A stretch of DNA of 64,000 bases from Bacilli bacterium (lineage in GTDB: Bacteria; Bacillota_I; Bacilli_A; RFN20; CAG-826): positions 619-64,618 of the forward strand of contig CAAGAN010000028.1 of assembly GCA_900767825.1 (NCBI GenBank). The letters run 5' to 3'. Position numbers and translations under genes: made by a program. Positions within the stretch are counted from its first letter, which is position 1. Every line of letters starts with the position of its first letter. The notes under the pieces are model-generated. The model ran no database searches. It saw nothing but the letters and a program-made list of their open reading frames with translations, and was not told the DNA's origin. Of this stretch, positions 1-10,189 are shown piece after piece.

Positions 1-1351
1 AACTATCAAGTAAACTAGCGACTTCATCATAAGGAAAATAAACTCGTGGAGAATTTAAGAATGAAAATTCTTTTATTATGGAAGCTATTTTGAATCTAAA
101 CTCAATATCAATTTCATCATTACCCTGCTCGTATTCAAACATCATTTTTCTTTTTACTACCAACTCATCTCCAGGGTTTATATCTTTATAAAAGAAGGAA
201 AACGAATCATTAACAAAGACAAGCATATTTTTTGTCAATGAAAAATTTTCTAAATTAAAACTAGAAAACGTCAATAAATCACTAGGCAAATATGGCACGA
301 AATTAGCAGGAGTTTGCTTTTCTTCTCCTATATAAAAAGATTCGTTATATGGAAGAACAAAAGATAACGATGCATAAGCGTCTGCTTTATCTAGCAAAAA
401 TGAGATATCGTTTTTGCTTGGTTTAGATTGTTTTATCAAGTTCAAAGATGAAGACGAGGATACTTTTTCTTTCTTGCTAACACTTAAAAACAACGAATCA
501 AAACTAGTGTCTATTATTGAACTTTCTATTTTACTAGCACCTTTATGAAATCCTAACCCACAAGAAAAGATGACCTCCATAAATAAAAAGCATATTAGAC
601 AAATTATAGATTTTGCCCTATTTTTCTTTCTTATTAACCTTCTAAATGGTCTAAGGTTTCCTTTATAACCTCTTTTATTTAATCGAATAGGCTTAACATT
701 ACCTTCATTCAAATTAGATTTTTTTATATTTCCTTTTTCAATCTCGACAAAATAATGTGCATCATTAAACAATGTTTTCTCGTGACTAGTCACTATAACT
801 AATATGTTTTTTGATAATTCTAATAATATGTCCCTGACCTTTTTTGAATTGTCTTCATCTAAAGCACCAGTCGGTTCATCACAAAGCAATACAAGAGGAT
901 CCTTCATCAAAGCCCTAGCGATTCCAACCCTTTGCTTTTCGCCTCCTGATAATTTCGATACTTTCTTATTTTCTAATTCTTTAATTCCTAACGACGAAAG
1001 CAATCGCTCGGCCTTTTCCTTGTTATTTTCAAAAAGAAGGAGATTATCCAAAACGCTTAATTCATCAATAAGATTAAAATGCTGAAAGACATATCCAATT
1101 TGATTCAAACGTATATTCTCTTTTTCTTTATTTGACATCCTTGAGACATCTTTGCCATTAAAAAGCATCGTTCCGGATGTAGGCTTAAGAAGTAATCCAA
1201 GAATATTTAATAAAGTAGATTTTCCTGAACCTGACTCACCTTTAATAAAAACCAAGCCTTTTATTGGAAAGGATAGATTAATAGAAGAAAGAGCAACTTG
1301 CTTACTCGAAGAAGACGTAAATGTCTTATTTATATTTTTTAAAACAAACAA
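1..1351 (-). CDS. ABC transporter, fused ATP-binding/permease protein (MacB/FtsX-like); 3' part runs off the window
   Basis: Absent from the ORF track because it is open at the window edge. My reverse-strand translation from TTG at 1351 (AGGAGG 8 nt upstream) reads LFVLKNINKTF...GESGSGKSTLLNILG (Walker A), LSGGEKQRVGIARAL (signature) and LLCDEPTGALD (Walker B). A hydrophobic segment and a long non-ATPase region follow. The + ORFs 804..1085 and 1152..1412 are its antisense shadows. Confidence 0.75.
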   Translation of the reverse strand, partial: MFVLKNINKTFTSSSSKQVALSSINLSFPIKGLVFIKGESGSGKSTLLNILGLLLKPTSGTMLFNGKDVSRMSNKEKENIRLNQIGYVFQHFNLIDELSVLDNLLLFENNKEKAERLLSSLGIKELENKKVSKLSGGEKQRVGIARALMKDPLVLLCDEPTGALDEDNSKKVRDILLELSKNILVIVTSHEKTLFNDAHYFVEIEKGNIKKSNLNEGNVKPIRLNKRGYKGNLRPFRRLIRKKNRAKSIICLICFLFMEVIFSCGLGFHKGASKIESSIIDTSFDSLFLSVSKKEKVSSSSSLNLIKQSKPSKNDISFLLDKADAYASLSFVLPYNESFYIGEEKQTPANFVPYLPSDLLTFSSFNLENFSLTKNMLVFVNDSFSFFYKDINPGDELVVKRKMMFEYEQGNDEIDIEFRFKIASIIKEFSFLNSPRVYFPYDEVASLLDS

Positions 1352-1383
1352 AAGAAAAGCCTCCTGTTATATAAGTAGGAGGC
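1349..1383 (-). terminator. Rho-independent terminator after the DUF951 gene; its 3' arm is the SD of the downstream ABC gene
   Basis: Minus-strand RNA reads GCCUCCU-(11 nt loop)-AGGAGGC followed by UUUUCUUUU. The stem arms lie at 1377..1383 and 1359..1365. Confidence 0.55.
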
Positions 1384-1398
1384 AAATAGGCAAAATGG

Positions 1399-1620
1399 CT
1401 ACACCGATTTAATTAAAGGAGCATCATGATGAGCAATGACTTTCTTGATTTTGGAATTAAATTTATCTCTATCAAGCATGATTACATTGCCACATCCTAA
1501 GCAAAGAATCTTCACATCTGCCCCAAGTCTAATTACCTGGAATCTTTTAGATCTTGAAGAGCAAGGATGAGGACGTTTCATCTCTACTTCATCATAAAGT
1601 TTTATAGAACTTACATCCAT
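1399..1620 (-). CDS. DUF951 family small protein (YyzM-like)
   Basis: 73 aa. Shows the pattern L.D.VEMK.PHPC....W.V.R.GADV...C..CG..VM..R..F characteristic of DUF951. Overlaps the fhs stop by 10 nt. Confidence 0.65.
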   Translation of the reverse strand: MDVSSIKLYDEVEMKRPHPCSSRSKRFQVIRLGADVKILCLGCGNVIMLDRDKFNSKIKKVIAHHDAPLIKSV

Positions 1621-3230
1621 GGTTCGTCCTCCATTTTAACAGCGGCCGGAATTCTAGGAAGACCTGGCATAGTTAATATGTTTCCAGTAAGGGCAACAGT
1701 AAAGTTAGCACCTGCTGATAAAGATACATCTCTAATAGTAATCTTGAAGTTAGTTGGAGCGCCTAACTTAGTAGCATCATCGGTAAAGGAAGCTGGAGTT
1801 TTAGCCATGCAAACATAGCTATCTTGGTATCCTAAATCTTCTATTTCCTTTATTTTTTCTAAAGCAATTTTCTCGTAAACAACTTCAGAAGTCCCATAGA
1901 TTTCCTTGCAAATCTTGTTTATCTTTTCTTTTATTGGCGAATGTCTATCGTACAAAGGTTTATAGAATGAAGGCTGGTTATTTAAGACTTCTAAGACTTT
2001 GTTTGCTAATTCAATCGAGCCTTCTCCACCCTTGTTAAAGCCATCAAGGAATGCATAGACATATCCTTTTTCCTTGCACCAATTCTTTAAACATTCAATC
2101 TCGGATTCATAATCGGTATTGAAATGATTAATTGCAATTACAATCGGAACACCGAATTTTTGAATATTCTTTATATGTCTTTCCAAATTGCACATACCTT
2201 TCTTTAAGGCTTCAACATCTTCGCTAGCTAAATTTTCATAGGCAAGGCCACCATGCATTTTTAAAGCACGGATAGTCGCTACCATAACCGTACAACTTGG
2301 TTTTAGATTTCCTTCCTGACATTTAATATCTAGGAATTTTTCAGCGCCTAAATCAGCTCCAAATCCAGCCTCAGTAATTACGATTGGGGCTAATTTCATT
2401 GCTAATTTAGTAGCTAGAATTGAATTGCATCCATGAGCAATATTAGCAAAAGGTCCGCCATGAACTAAACATGGGTTATTTTCTAATGTCTGGACTAAAT
2501 TAGGATTCAAGGCATCTTTCATTAAACGCATAACCGCATGAGTAATCTTTAAATCCTTTAATGTAATAGGCTTATTGTCTTTGCTGAATGCAACTATTAT
2601 CTTTTCTATCCTATGCAAGAAATCTTCTTTCGATGTAGCTAGGCACATAATCGCCATCATTTCAGAAGCAACAGTAATAGTAAAATGATCTTCTCTTGGA
2701 GTGGCTTTATTATCATTCATGGATACAAGGACATTTCTAAGAGCCCTATCATTCATGTCCAAAGCTCTTTTCCAGGTTATTCTATTTGGATCGATATTCA
2801 ATTCATTTCCAAAATAAATATGGCTATCAATAACAGCGGAAATTAAGTTGATTGAGGAAGTTAATGCATGCATGTCCCCAGTAAAATGAAGATTAATGTC
2901 TTCACTAGGAGCAATAGAAGCTAACCCTCCGCCAGTCGCTCCACCTTTTAATCCAAAGACCGGACCAAGGCTAGGTTCTCTTAAACAAAGGAGGGCTTTT
3001 TGGTTTATTTTTCCAAATCCTTCTGCTAAAGCAATGCTTGTTGTAGTCTTCCCTTCCCCTGCTTTAGTTGGGGTAATGGCAGTTACTAAAACTAACTTCC
3101 CATCTTGATTAGAAGCAACTTCATCCATTATGGAAAGATCAATTTTAGCTTTATAAAAGCCATATGGAATAACGTATTTTTGTTCAATGCCAGCTTTACT
3201 AGCAACTTCAGTAATAGGAATTAAAGACAT
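1611..3230 (-). CDS. fhs: formate--tetrahydrofolate ligase
   Basis: 539 aa. Has the TPTKAGEGKTTTSIAL nucleotide-binding motif and the overall FTHFS length and pattern. Confidence 0.95.
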   Translation of the reverse strand: MSLIPITEVASKAGIEQKYVIPYGFYKAKIDLSIMDEVASNQDGKLVLVTAITPTKAGEGKTTTSIALAEGFGKINQKALLCLREPSLGPVFGLKGGATGGGLASIAPSEDINLHFTGDMHALTSSINLISAVIDSHIYFGNELNIDPNRITWKRALDMNDRALRNVLVSMNDNKATPREDHFTITVASEMMAIMCLATSKEDFLHRIEKIIVAFSKDNKPITLKDLKITHAVMRLMKDALNPNLVQTLENNPCLVHGGPFANIAHGCNSILATKLAMKLAPIVITEAGFGADLGAEKFLDIKCQEGNLKPSCTVMVATIRALKMHGGLAYENLASEDVEALKKGMCNLERHIKNIQKFGVPIVIAINHFNTDYESEIECLKNWCKEKGYVYAFLDGFNKGGEGSIELANKVLEVLNNQPSFYKPLYDRHSPIKEKINKICKEIYGTSEVVYEKIALEKIKEIEDLGYQDSYVCMAKTPASFTDDATKLGAPTNFKITIRDVSLSAGANFTVALTGNILTMPGLPRIPAAVKMEDEPWM

Positions 3231-3256
3231 AGGTGCCTCCTAGTTATTTTAAAAAG

Positions 3257-3955
3257 TTATTCCTTATTATAAGGCAAAATCAAATCAAAGATAGTTTTAT
3301 ATGCTAAAGATAATCCAGCCGATGAAGGAACTAACATCATCGAGCCTTTGAAAGTACCGTTTTTTATCGGTAGTTCACTTGAAAAAGCAACTGATAATAA
3401 TTTTGGATTTATTCCTTCGCTTCTAAGCTTATTCCTAATTAATTTAGCCAAAGGATCATTGTATGTCTTATCTAATGTGGTAATAATAACTTTGCTAGGA
3501 TCAAATCTATTTGCCATTCCTAAAGAAGAAACAATTCTAATATTTTCGTTGATGCACCTTTTTATAAGAGCAATCTTAGGAGAGGTTTCATCAATGCAGT
3601 CGACTATATAATCATATTGTGATAAATTCAGTTCCTTAACGTTATCTAAATCTAGTCTTAAAGAAAACGCATTTACTACAGTGCGTGGATTTATCTTGTT
3701 CATTTTTTCTTTGGCTATAGTTACTTTTTCTTTACCTATAGAAGAATAATCAAAACATATTTGCCTATTTAGATTTGATTCATCTACCTTATCAAAATCA
3801 TAGATATCTATTTGGCCAACATTGCTTCTAACTAAAGCTTCTAGACAAGTCCCACCTACTCCGCCTACTCCAAAAATAGCTACTTTAGATTTAGATAAAG
3901 CAACAATCCCTTCTTCTTTAATTAACCCAATTGTACGAGAATCAAATTTATCCAT
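3257..3955 (-). CDS. tcdA: ThiF-family tRNA threonylcarbamoyladenosine dehydratase (TcdA/YrvM-like)
   Basis: 232 aa. ThiF/MoeB Rossmann motif IFGVGGVGG near the N-terminus. Size fits TcdA rather than MoeB/ThiF. Confidence 0.7.
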   Translation of the reverse strand: MDKFDSRTIGLIKEEGIVALSKSKVAIFGVGGVGGTCLEALVRSNVGQIDIYDFDKVDESNLNRQICFDYSSIGKEKVTIAKEKMNKINPRTVVNAFSLRLDLDNVKELNLSQYDYIVDCIDETSPKIALIKRCINENIRIVSSLGMANRFDPSKVIITTLDKTYNDPLAKLIRNKLRSEGINPKLLSVAFSSELPIKNGTFKGSMMLVPSSAGLSLAYKTIFDLILPYNKE

Positions 3956-4817
3956 TTAAGCGACCCATTATGTCAAATTTATCTTTAATCCAGGTAATCT
4001 TGAATTGATGAGAGAAGAATGTCATCTGACGTTTAATATAATGCCTGGTATTCTTTTTAATTGTTTCTTTGGCTTCTTCTAAAGTTATCTTTCCATCAAA
4101 ATAAGGAAATAATTCTTTAACTCCAATGGCCTTAAAAGCACTTCTATCCCTACCATATTTATCTATTAGGTATTTATTTTCCTCTACTAATCCTTTTTCA
4201 AACATTTCGTCAACGCGCTTATTTACAATTTCATAATTAAGTTCCCTTTCTTTTTCTAATCCAAAGAAAAGGCAATCATAAATAGGTTCATGGTTTTGTT
4301 TGGCAATGATATTAGATTTAGTAGTACCAGTACTAAAATAAATCTCTAAGGCACGCAATATCCTTACTCTATTATGAGGATGGATAGTCAAAGATGAATC
4401 AGGATCTACTTGTTTTAACAAATCAAAAAGATCTTCATCGCTTAGGGATTGATATTTGCTCATATCAACACTTGGAAGATCTGGGAATTCATAATCATAT
4501 AGACCAGCCCTTATATATAATCCAGTTCCTCCAGCGATAATGATATTTTTCTTAAATGGGGAAATGGTTGCTATGGCGCTACGCAAGTCTTCTTGGTATT
4601 CCTTAACATTATATGAACTATCTAAAGGGATGAAATCAAACAGGAAAGAAGGAACTTCAAATAGTTCTTCTTCACTTGGCTTAGCAGTCGCGATTGAAAG
4701 CTCTTTATAAACCTGGAAAGCATCTGCATTAATAATTGCTGCATCTATTTCCTTTGCTAATTCAATAGCAAGTTTGCTTTTTCCGCTTCCTGTTGGACCC
4801 GTTAAGACTATTATCAT
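3948..4817 (-). CDS. miaA: tRNA dimethylallyltransferase
   Basis: 289 aa. N-terminal P-loop VLTGPTGSGKSKLAIELA and the typical MiaA length. ATGA overlap with the miaB stop. Confidence 0.9.
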   Translation of the reverse strand: MIIVLTGPTGSGKSKLAIELAKEIDAAIINADAFQVYKELSIATAKPSEEELFEVPSFLFDFIPLDSSYNVKEYQEDLRSAIATISPFKKNIIIAGGTGLYIRAGLYDYEFPDLPSVDMSKYQSLSDEDLFDLLKQVDPDSSLTIHPHNRVRILRALEIYFSTGTTKSNIIAKQNHEPIYDCLFFGLEKERELNYEIVNKRVDEMFEKGLVEENKYLIDKYGRDRSAFKAIGVKELFPYFDGKITLEEAKETIKKNTRHYIKRQMTFFSHQFKITWIKDKFDIMGRLNG

Positions 4818-6559
4818 TCTAAGTTATCCTTTATTTGTTCTAATAAAGAAGATAAATCCGCAATGGAAGATTGCAAATTTAAATACACGGGGTCATTAAA
4901 ATAGGCTTTTTTAAGTTCATCTGTCTCTTTTTTTAGAGGTAATAAATCCTCATCAGTCTTAAATGATTTATTTACTAATTGTTTTTGTTTTTCTTCCATT
5001 TCTTCCTTTAATCGTTTTAAAGAAGAAGATGATTCAAAGACTTTCTTGCATTCTATATATCTAATATAAGAATCTTCTTTTTCTATTTTTTCTTTTAAAG
5101 AAGAAGCAAGAACTAAAACAGGATTATCTACTAAAGTTCCGATTAAAGAATAGGTATGGCTTTCATTAATATAGACATTTATTATATGTCCTTTTAAGAA
5201 AGAAGGTCCTTTGAAATTGACTAATTTAGAAGATTCGGTATAACCAGAAAGCACTCCTTTATCCTTTTTAGAAGGTCCATCTACTAAAACCTTATAAGTT
5301 TTCCCTACCATTGATTCAGCATGTTTAGAAACACCATCTTCAATAACTTTTACTAGCCTAATGAATCTATCATGTTTTTCTTTATCGCTAACATTATCAA
5401 TCATTTTAGCAGCTGGGGTTCCTTTTCGAGGAGAATAAATAAAGGTAAATGCAGAATCATATTGGACTTTTTCGCATAAAGTTAAAGTATCTTCAAATTC
5501 TTCTTCTGTTTCGTTTGGGAAACCGACAATTATATCCGTAGTCAATGCAACCCCTGGTATTGTTTTCCTAATGCGGTCGACTAAATCTAGATACTCTTCC
5601 CTACTATATCTTCTACCCATTAAGCGAAGAACGGATGTTGATCCAGATTGAACAGGGAGATGGATGCATTTCATTATGTTTGGATATTTTGCAATTACTT
5701 CTAACATGTCATTAGAGAAATCCCAAGGATGAGAAGTCATGAAACGTAACCTTGGAATGCCTAATTTAGCAACTTCTTCCAAGACTTTGGAAAAATTAGT
5801 CCCATCATGGAAATCTTTACCATACGAATTGACGTTTTGGCCAAGTAAGGTAATTTCTTGGTAGCCTTTTGCTACTAGTTCTTTACATTCATTAACTATT
5901 TCTTCTAGTTTCCTAGAACGTTCTCTTCCCCTTGTATAAGGAACAATGCAATATGTGCAGAATTTATCGCATCCATAAGTAATATTGACATAGGCCTTAT
6001 ATGGATCAAGCCTAACTGAAGGCAAGTTTTCGATAACATCACCTGCAAAGGAATAAACATCGACAAGCTTTTTGTTTCTAGTTATTTTTTCTTCTAGCAA
6101 ATCAAGAATCTTATTAACGTTATGAGTACCAAAAACAAGACTGACATGAGGATAAGTCTTCATGATATAGTCAACACTTCCCTCTTCTTGCATCATGCAT
6201 CCACAAACACATAGAATAAAGTCTTTGTTATTGGTCTTATTGACCTTGAATTTACCAATCTCGCCATAGACTTTTTCTTCGGCATTTTCTCTAACTGCGC
6301 AAGTGTTGATAATAGCAAGGTCGGCTTCTCTATCATTATCGGTTTTTATAAACCCAGCTTTCTCTAGATAACCAGAAAGAATTTCTTCATCTCTAACATT
6401 AGCTTGGCAGCCAAAAGTCTTGATGACATATTTCTTACCTTTAGCAAATTTAGCCAAATGAGGTCCAACCTTAACTTCATCAAAAATTACCTTTGGATTA
6501 TCTACCCTGTTCCTAGCCTTAGACATGTCAGGAAGAGACTTATAAATTAATTTTCCCAT
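4814..6559 (-). CDS. miaB: tRNA-2-methylthio-N6-dimethylallyladenosine synthase (MiaB) with C-terminal YmcA/YlbF-like extension
   Basis: 581 aa. UPF0004 N-domain (TFGCQAN) and radical-SAM motif GCDKFCTYCIVPYTRGRERS, followed by a TRAM-like region. About 125 extra C-terminal residues follow (see findings). Confidence 0.9.
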   Translation of the reverse strand: MGKLIYKSLPDMSKARNRVDNPKVIFDEVKVGPHLAKFAKGKKYVIKTFGCQANVRDEEILSGYLEKAGFIKTDNDREADLAIINTCAVRENAEEKVYGEIGKFKVNKTNNKDFILCVCGCMMQEEGSVDYIMKTYPHVSLVFGTHNVNKILDLLEEKITRNKKLVDVYSFAGDVIENLPSVRLDPYKAYVNITYGCDKFCTYCIVPYTRGRERSRKLEEIVNECKELVAKGYQEITLLGQNVNSYGKDFHDGTNFSKVLEEVAKLGIPRLRFMTSHPWDFSNDMLEVIAKYPNIMKCIHLPVQSGSTSVLRLMGRRYSREEYLDLVDRIRKTIPGVALTTDIIVGFPNETEEEFEDTLTLCEKVQYDSAFTFIYSPRKGTPAAKMIDNVSDKEKHDRFIRLVKVIEDGVSKHAESMVGKTYKVLVDGPSKKDKGVLSGYTESSKLVNFKGPSFLKGHIINVYINESHTYSLIGTLVDNPVLVLASSLKEKIEKEDSYIRYIECKKVFESSSSLKRLKEEMEEKQKQLVNKSFKTDEDLLPLKKETDELKKAYFNDPVYLNLQSSIADLSSLLEQIKDNLE

Positions 6560-7355
6560 GTTCTTTTTCCTTTCCGTTTATCAAGCAAAGAGGAATTATT
6601 TCCTTGCAAAACCCACTTTCTTCATCAATTTTCATTAGAACCCCATTAATAATGGAATCTCCATTTTCTTTTGTTTTAAATGGCGTATTTATTTTATACA
6701 AATTCTTCTCAATGATCGAATTTGGCTCAAATCCAATTATAGAAGGATATCCACCGCAATACCCTACATCAGTCATAAAGGCTGTCCCTTTTTCTAATAT
6801 CAATACATCATTAGTTTGAACATGCGTATGGGTACCTAATAAAGCAGTTAACCCTCCGTCAAATTCAAATGCCATTGTAGCTTTCTCTGAACTTGATTCA
6901 GCATGGTAATCAACTATATGGATTAGAGGAACATCGGGGTTAGAAATTAAAGATGATAATGTTTCAAATGGAGACGTTACGACTTCCTTAAGAAATGCTT
7001 GCCCTAGAATGTTAGTTACCTGGATATAGGTATCCTTCACTTTGAAACAATTTGTCCCGTTAACCCTTCCATGACCAATAACATTCAAAGGGAATAATAG
7101 ATTCTTATATTTCTTTCCAAATGTTAAGGCTTGTTGTTTTGAAGCATAATGATTGCCCAGAGTAACTACATCAACACCAGCCTTTATAATCTCTAGGAAA
7201 TCATTTTCAGTTAACCCTTTGCCATCACTAGCGGCATTCTCGCCGTTTGCAATTACAAAGTCTATATCGTTTTTCTTTCTAAATAAGGGCAAAAAAGAGG
7301 ACACGGAAGATATTCCTCCATGCCCTACAATGTCTCCAAGAAAAACAATGTTCAT
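6540..7355 (-). CDS. ymdB: YmdB-family metallophosphoesterase (2',3'-cyclic-nucleotide 2'-phosphodiesterase)
   Basis: 271 aa. N-terminal MNIVFLGDIVG metallophosphoesterase motif, plus GNH and GTHTHV motifs. Conserved position directly downstream of rny. Confidence 0.85.
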   Translation of the reverse strand: MNIVFLGDIVGHGGISSVSSFLPLFRKKNDIDFVIANGENAASDGKGLTENDFLEIIKAGVDVVTLGNHYASKQQALTFGKKYKNLLFPLNVIGHGRVNGTNCFKVKDTYIQVTNILGQAFLKEVVTSPFETLSSLISNPDVPLIHIVDYHAESSSEKATMAFEFDGGLTALLGTHTHVQTNDVLILEKGTAFMTDVGYCGGYPSIIGFEPNSIIEKNLYKINTPFKTKENGDSIINGVLMKIDEESGFCKEIIPLCLINGKEKEHGKINL

Positions 7356-7356
7356 C

Positions 7357-8931
7357 TTATTTAGCAGTCTCTATAGCCCTGTATTCACGGATGACAGAGA
7401 CTTTGATTTGACCAGGGTAAGTCATTTCCTTTTCTATCTTTTCTCTTAATTCTTGAGCTAATAAGACAGACTGGGAATCACTTATCTTTTCTGGCATGAC
7501 CATGACTCTGATTTCTCTTCCAGATTGCATGGCGTAAGCTTGTTGAACTCCATCGAATCCCTTAGCAAGAGTTTCAAGTTGTTCAATACGCTTGACATAG
7601 GTTTCTAGAGTTTCGCTTCTTGCGCCAGGTCTAGCAGCAGATAAAGTATCAGCGGCAGCAACTAGATAAGAAATAACAAATTTAGCAGGTACGTCACCAT
7701 GGTGAGATTCGATAGAATTCACTACTACTTCATTCTCGCCATATTTCTTTGCTAACTGGGCGCCTAATTCAACGTGGCTTCCTTCTAATTCGAAGTCAAC
7801 GGATTTACCAATATCGTGAAGCAATCCAGCTCTTCTAGCCAAATTAACATCAAGGCCAAGTTCACCAGCCATGATACCGGTTAAATAAGCAACTTCCATA
7901 GAATGCTCCAAGCCATTTTGACCGTATGAAGTACGATAATGGAGCCTACCAATATAGGAAACAAGTTCTTTATTAATGCGTGGAAGGCCAAGTTTGAAGC
8001 AAGCTTCTTCGCCATATTTAAGAGTAGAATCAGCAACTTCCTTTTTGCATTTGGCAACGACATCTTCAATTCTGCCAGGTTGGATTCTTCCATCCTTGAC
8101 TAGGTATTCTAATGAACGTCTTGCAACTTCTCTTCTAATCGGATCAAAGCAAGAAACAGTAATAGCTTCAGGAGTATCATCGATTACTAAATCAACACCT
8201 AATTCTTGTTCTAATACTCTGATGTTTCTTCCTTCCCTACCGATGATTCTTCCTTTCATTTCATCGCTTGGAAGAGCCACGACTGAGACAGTTCTTTCGG
8301 TAGTGACATCTTGAGCATATCTTTGGCAAGCAAGGCTTAATAAATCTATAGCCTTGGATTCAGCTGTTTCTTTAGCTTCATCTTCGGCATTTTTAATATA
8401 AGCCGCTATTTCCATAGACATCTTTGATTCAACCCTAGCCATAATCTCATCATGTGCTTCTTGAGTTGACATGCCAGATACTTTTTCAAGTTCAGCAATG
8501 ATGTCATCAATCTTTTGGTCAAGTTCGCTTTGACGTTTCTTGTAAGATTCAATGGATTGACTTAGTTGTTCGGACTTCCTATCAAGGTTATTTTCCTTTT
8601 CGATAAGGGCATTATCCCTGGCATCGATATTTTGTTCCCTAATAGAAAGTTTTTGTTCTTCGCCTGCTAATTCGGCTTTTCTTTTTCCGATATCTTCATC
8701 GGCTTTTTGTTTGACATTTAATGCCAATTGTTTAGCGTCAATTTCGGCATTTTTGAGGATATGCTCGGATTTTACTTTGGCTTCTTTGATAATTTGTTCG
8801 GCACTTTTCGAAGCATTTTTTGATTTAAGTACCATGAAGAAAAAGCAAAGGCCAAAAGTTAGCAAGGCAGCAAACAACACTGCACCTACTAATATCCCGA
8901 TCCATCCTCCCTCAGATAAATAGAATAACAT
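7357..8931 (-). CDS. rny: ribonuclease Y
   Basis: N-terminal TM helix, coiled-coil region, KH motif [12 protein letters not shown] and HD motif LLHDIGK. I place the start at ATG 8931 (MLFYLSEGG) because AGGAGA lies 7 nt upstream. The ORF-track start at 8952 is a TTG inside that SD context. Confidence 0.93.
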   Translation of the reverse strand: MLFYLSEGGWIGILVGAVLFAALLTFGLCFFFMVLKSKNASKSAEQIIKEAKVKSEHILKNAEIDAKQLALNVKQKADEDIGKRKAELAGEEQKLSIREQNIDARDNALIEKENNLDRKSEQLSQSIESYKKRQSELDQKIDDIIAELEKVSGMSTQEAHDEIMARVESKMSMEIAAYIKNAEDEAKETAESKAIDLLSLACQRYAQDVTTERTVSVVALPSDEMKGRIIGREGRNIRVLEQELGVDLVIDDTPEAITVSCFDPIRREVARRSLEYLVKDGRIQPGRIEDVVAKCKKEVADSTLKYGEEACFKLGLPRINKELVSYIGRLHYRTSYGQNGLEHSMEVAYLTGIMAGELGLDVNLARRAGLLHDIGKSVDFELEGSHVELGAQLAKKYGENEVVVNSIESHHGDVPAKFVISYLVAAADTLSAARPGARSETLETYVKRIEQLETLAKGFDGVQQAYAMQSGREIRVMVMPEKISDSQSVLLAQELREKIEKEMTYPGQIKVSVIREYRAIETAK

Positions 8932-9099
8932 TAAAATTCTCCTTGCGACCAAAACGGCACAAAGACCCTACATGGTTTATCAAAGTAAAATATATATGGC
9001 TATTCCTTATATTATAAATGAATTACAAGTAAGGTTTGTACCGAGGTACAACTATATTCTAAACCTTAAAAGCCCCTTTTGTGTAGCCTTATTTCACTT

Positions 9100-9130
9100 T
9101 AAATAGAAAAGGCAGGTTTCCCTGCCTCGA
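9100..9130 (-). terminator. Rho-independent terminator downstream of recA
   Basis: Minus-strand RNA reads AGGCAGG-GAAA-CCUGCCU followed by UUUUCUAUUU. It lies immediately after the recA stop at 9133. Confidence 0.7.
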
Positions 9131-9132
9131 AT

Positions 9133-10128
9133 TTATTCGGTTTTTATCTTTTCTTTAATTTTTTCTTCAAGATCTTTAGCAACTTCAGGATGTTCTTTTA
9201 GATAAGTTTTAGAAGCTTCCCTTCCGTTTCCGATCTTGTTACCATCGATTTCATACCAGTTGCCAGATTTCTTAAGCAAATTGTATTCTTCACCTAAATC
9301 TAGAAGTTCGCCAGTCCTAGATATTCCTTGTCCGAATATCATATCGATGGTGCAGCTCTTGAATGGAGGGGCAACCTTATTCTTAACGATTTTGACCTTG
9401 ACTGAGTTACCTACTATATCAGAACCGCTCTTGATAGCTTCAGCACGGCGGATATCAATCCTAATAGAAGCATAGAATTTTAAGGCGCGTCCACCAGTAG
9501 TTGTTTCTGGGTTTCCATAGATAACACCAACTTTTTCACGAAGTTGGTTAATAAATATAACTACTGTTCCAGTCTTATTTAATATACCAGCGATCTTCCT
9601 CATGCCTTTTGACATAAGTCTAGCTTGCAAACCAACTTGGTTATCTGACATTACTCCATCAAGTTCGGCTTGTGGGACTAAAGCCGCAACTGAGTCGACG
9701 ACAATAATATCGATAGCACCGGAAGAAGCTAACATTTCGCAAATCTCTAGAGCCTGCTCTCCTGAATCAGGCTGGGAAAGTATTAATTCATCAATATCGA
9801 CGCCTAATTTTGAAGCGTATTCAGGATCGATAGCATGTTCTGCATCTATAAATGCAGCTCTGCCACCTTTTAATTGAGCTTGGGCGATTGCTTCTAGGGC
9901 AAGGGTAGTCTTACCACTGGATTCAGGACCATATATTTCAACAATCCTTCCTTTTGGATATCCACCAACTCCTAAAGCTTGATCTAACAATATAGATCCA
10001 GTAGGAATTACATCGACATCAACGTGTGGGCGTTCCCCTAGGCGCATAACAGAACCTTTTCCGTATGCTTTTTCAATACATTTCAAGGCATCTTCAAGTG
10101 CTTTATCTTTTTCGTTTACATTAGCCAT
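9133..10128 (-). CDS. recA: recombinase RecA
   Basis: 331 aa. Walker [13 protein letters not shown] and the full RecA pattern. Confidence 0.97.
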   Translation of the reverse strand: MANVNEKDKALEDALKCIEKAYGKGSVMRLGERPHVDVDVIPTGSILLDQALGVGGYPKGRIVEIYGPESSGKTTLALEAIAQAQLKGGRAAFIDAEHAIDPEYASKLGVDIDELILSQPDSGEQALEICEMLASSGAIDIIVVDSVAALVPQAELDGVMSDNQVGLQARLMSKGMRKIAGILNKTGTVVIFINQLREKVGVIYGNPETTTGGRALKFYASIRIDIRRAEAIKSGSDIVGNSVKVKIVKNKVAPPFKSCTIDMIFGQGISRTGELLDLGEEYNLLKKSGNWYEIDGNKIGNGREASKTYLKEHPEVAKDLEEKIKEKIKTE

Positions 10129-10189
10129 TCTTTCGGCCTCCTTACAATATATGTAGCCTCTTAATTATCAAAAAGGCTCAAATTATTTT

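Noticed and set aside
804-1412. The + strand ORFs 804..1085 and 1152..1412.
   Set aside because: They are antisense shadows of the minus-strand ABC ATPase. For example, FSPPDN is the reverse reading of LSGGEKQ. They have no SD and a low-complexity composition.
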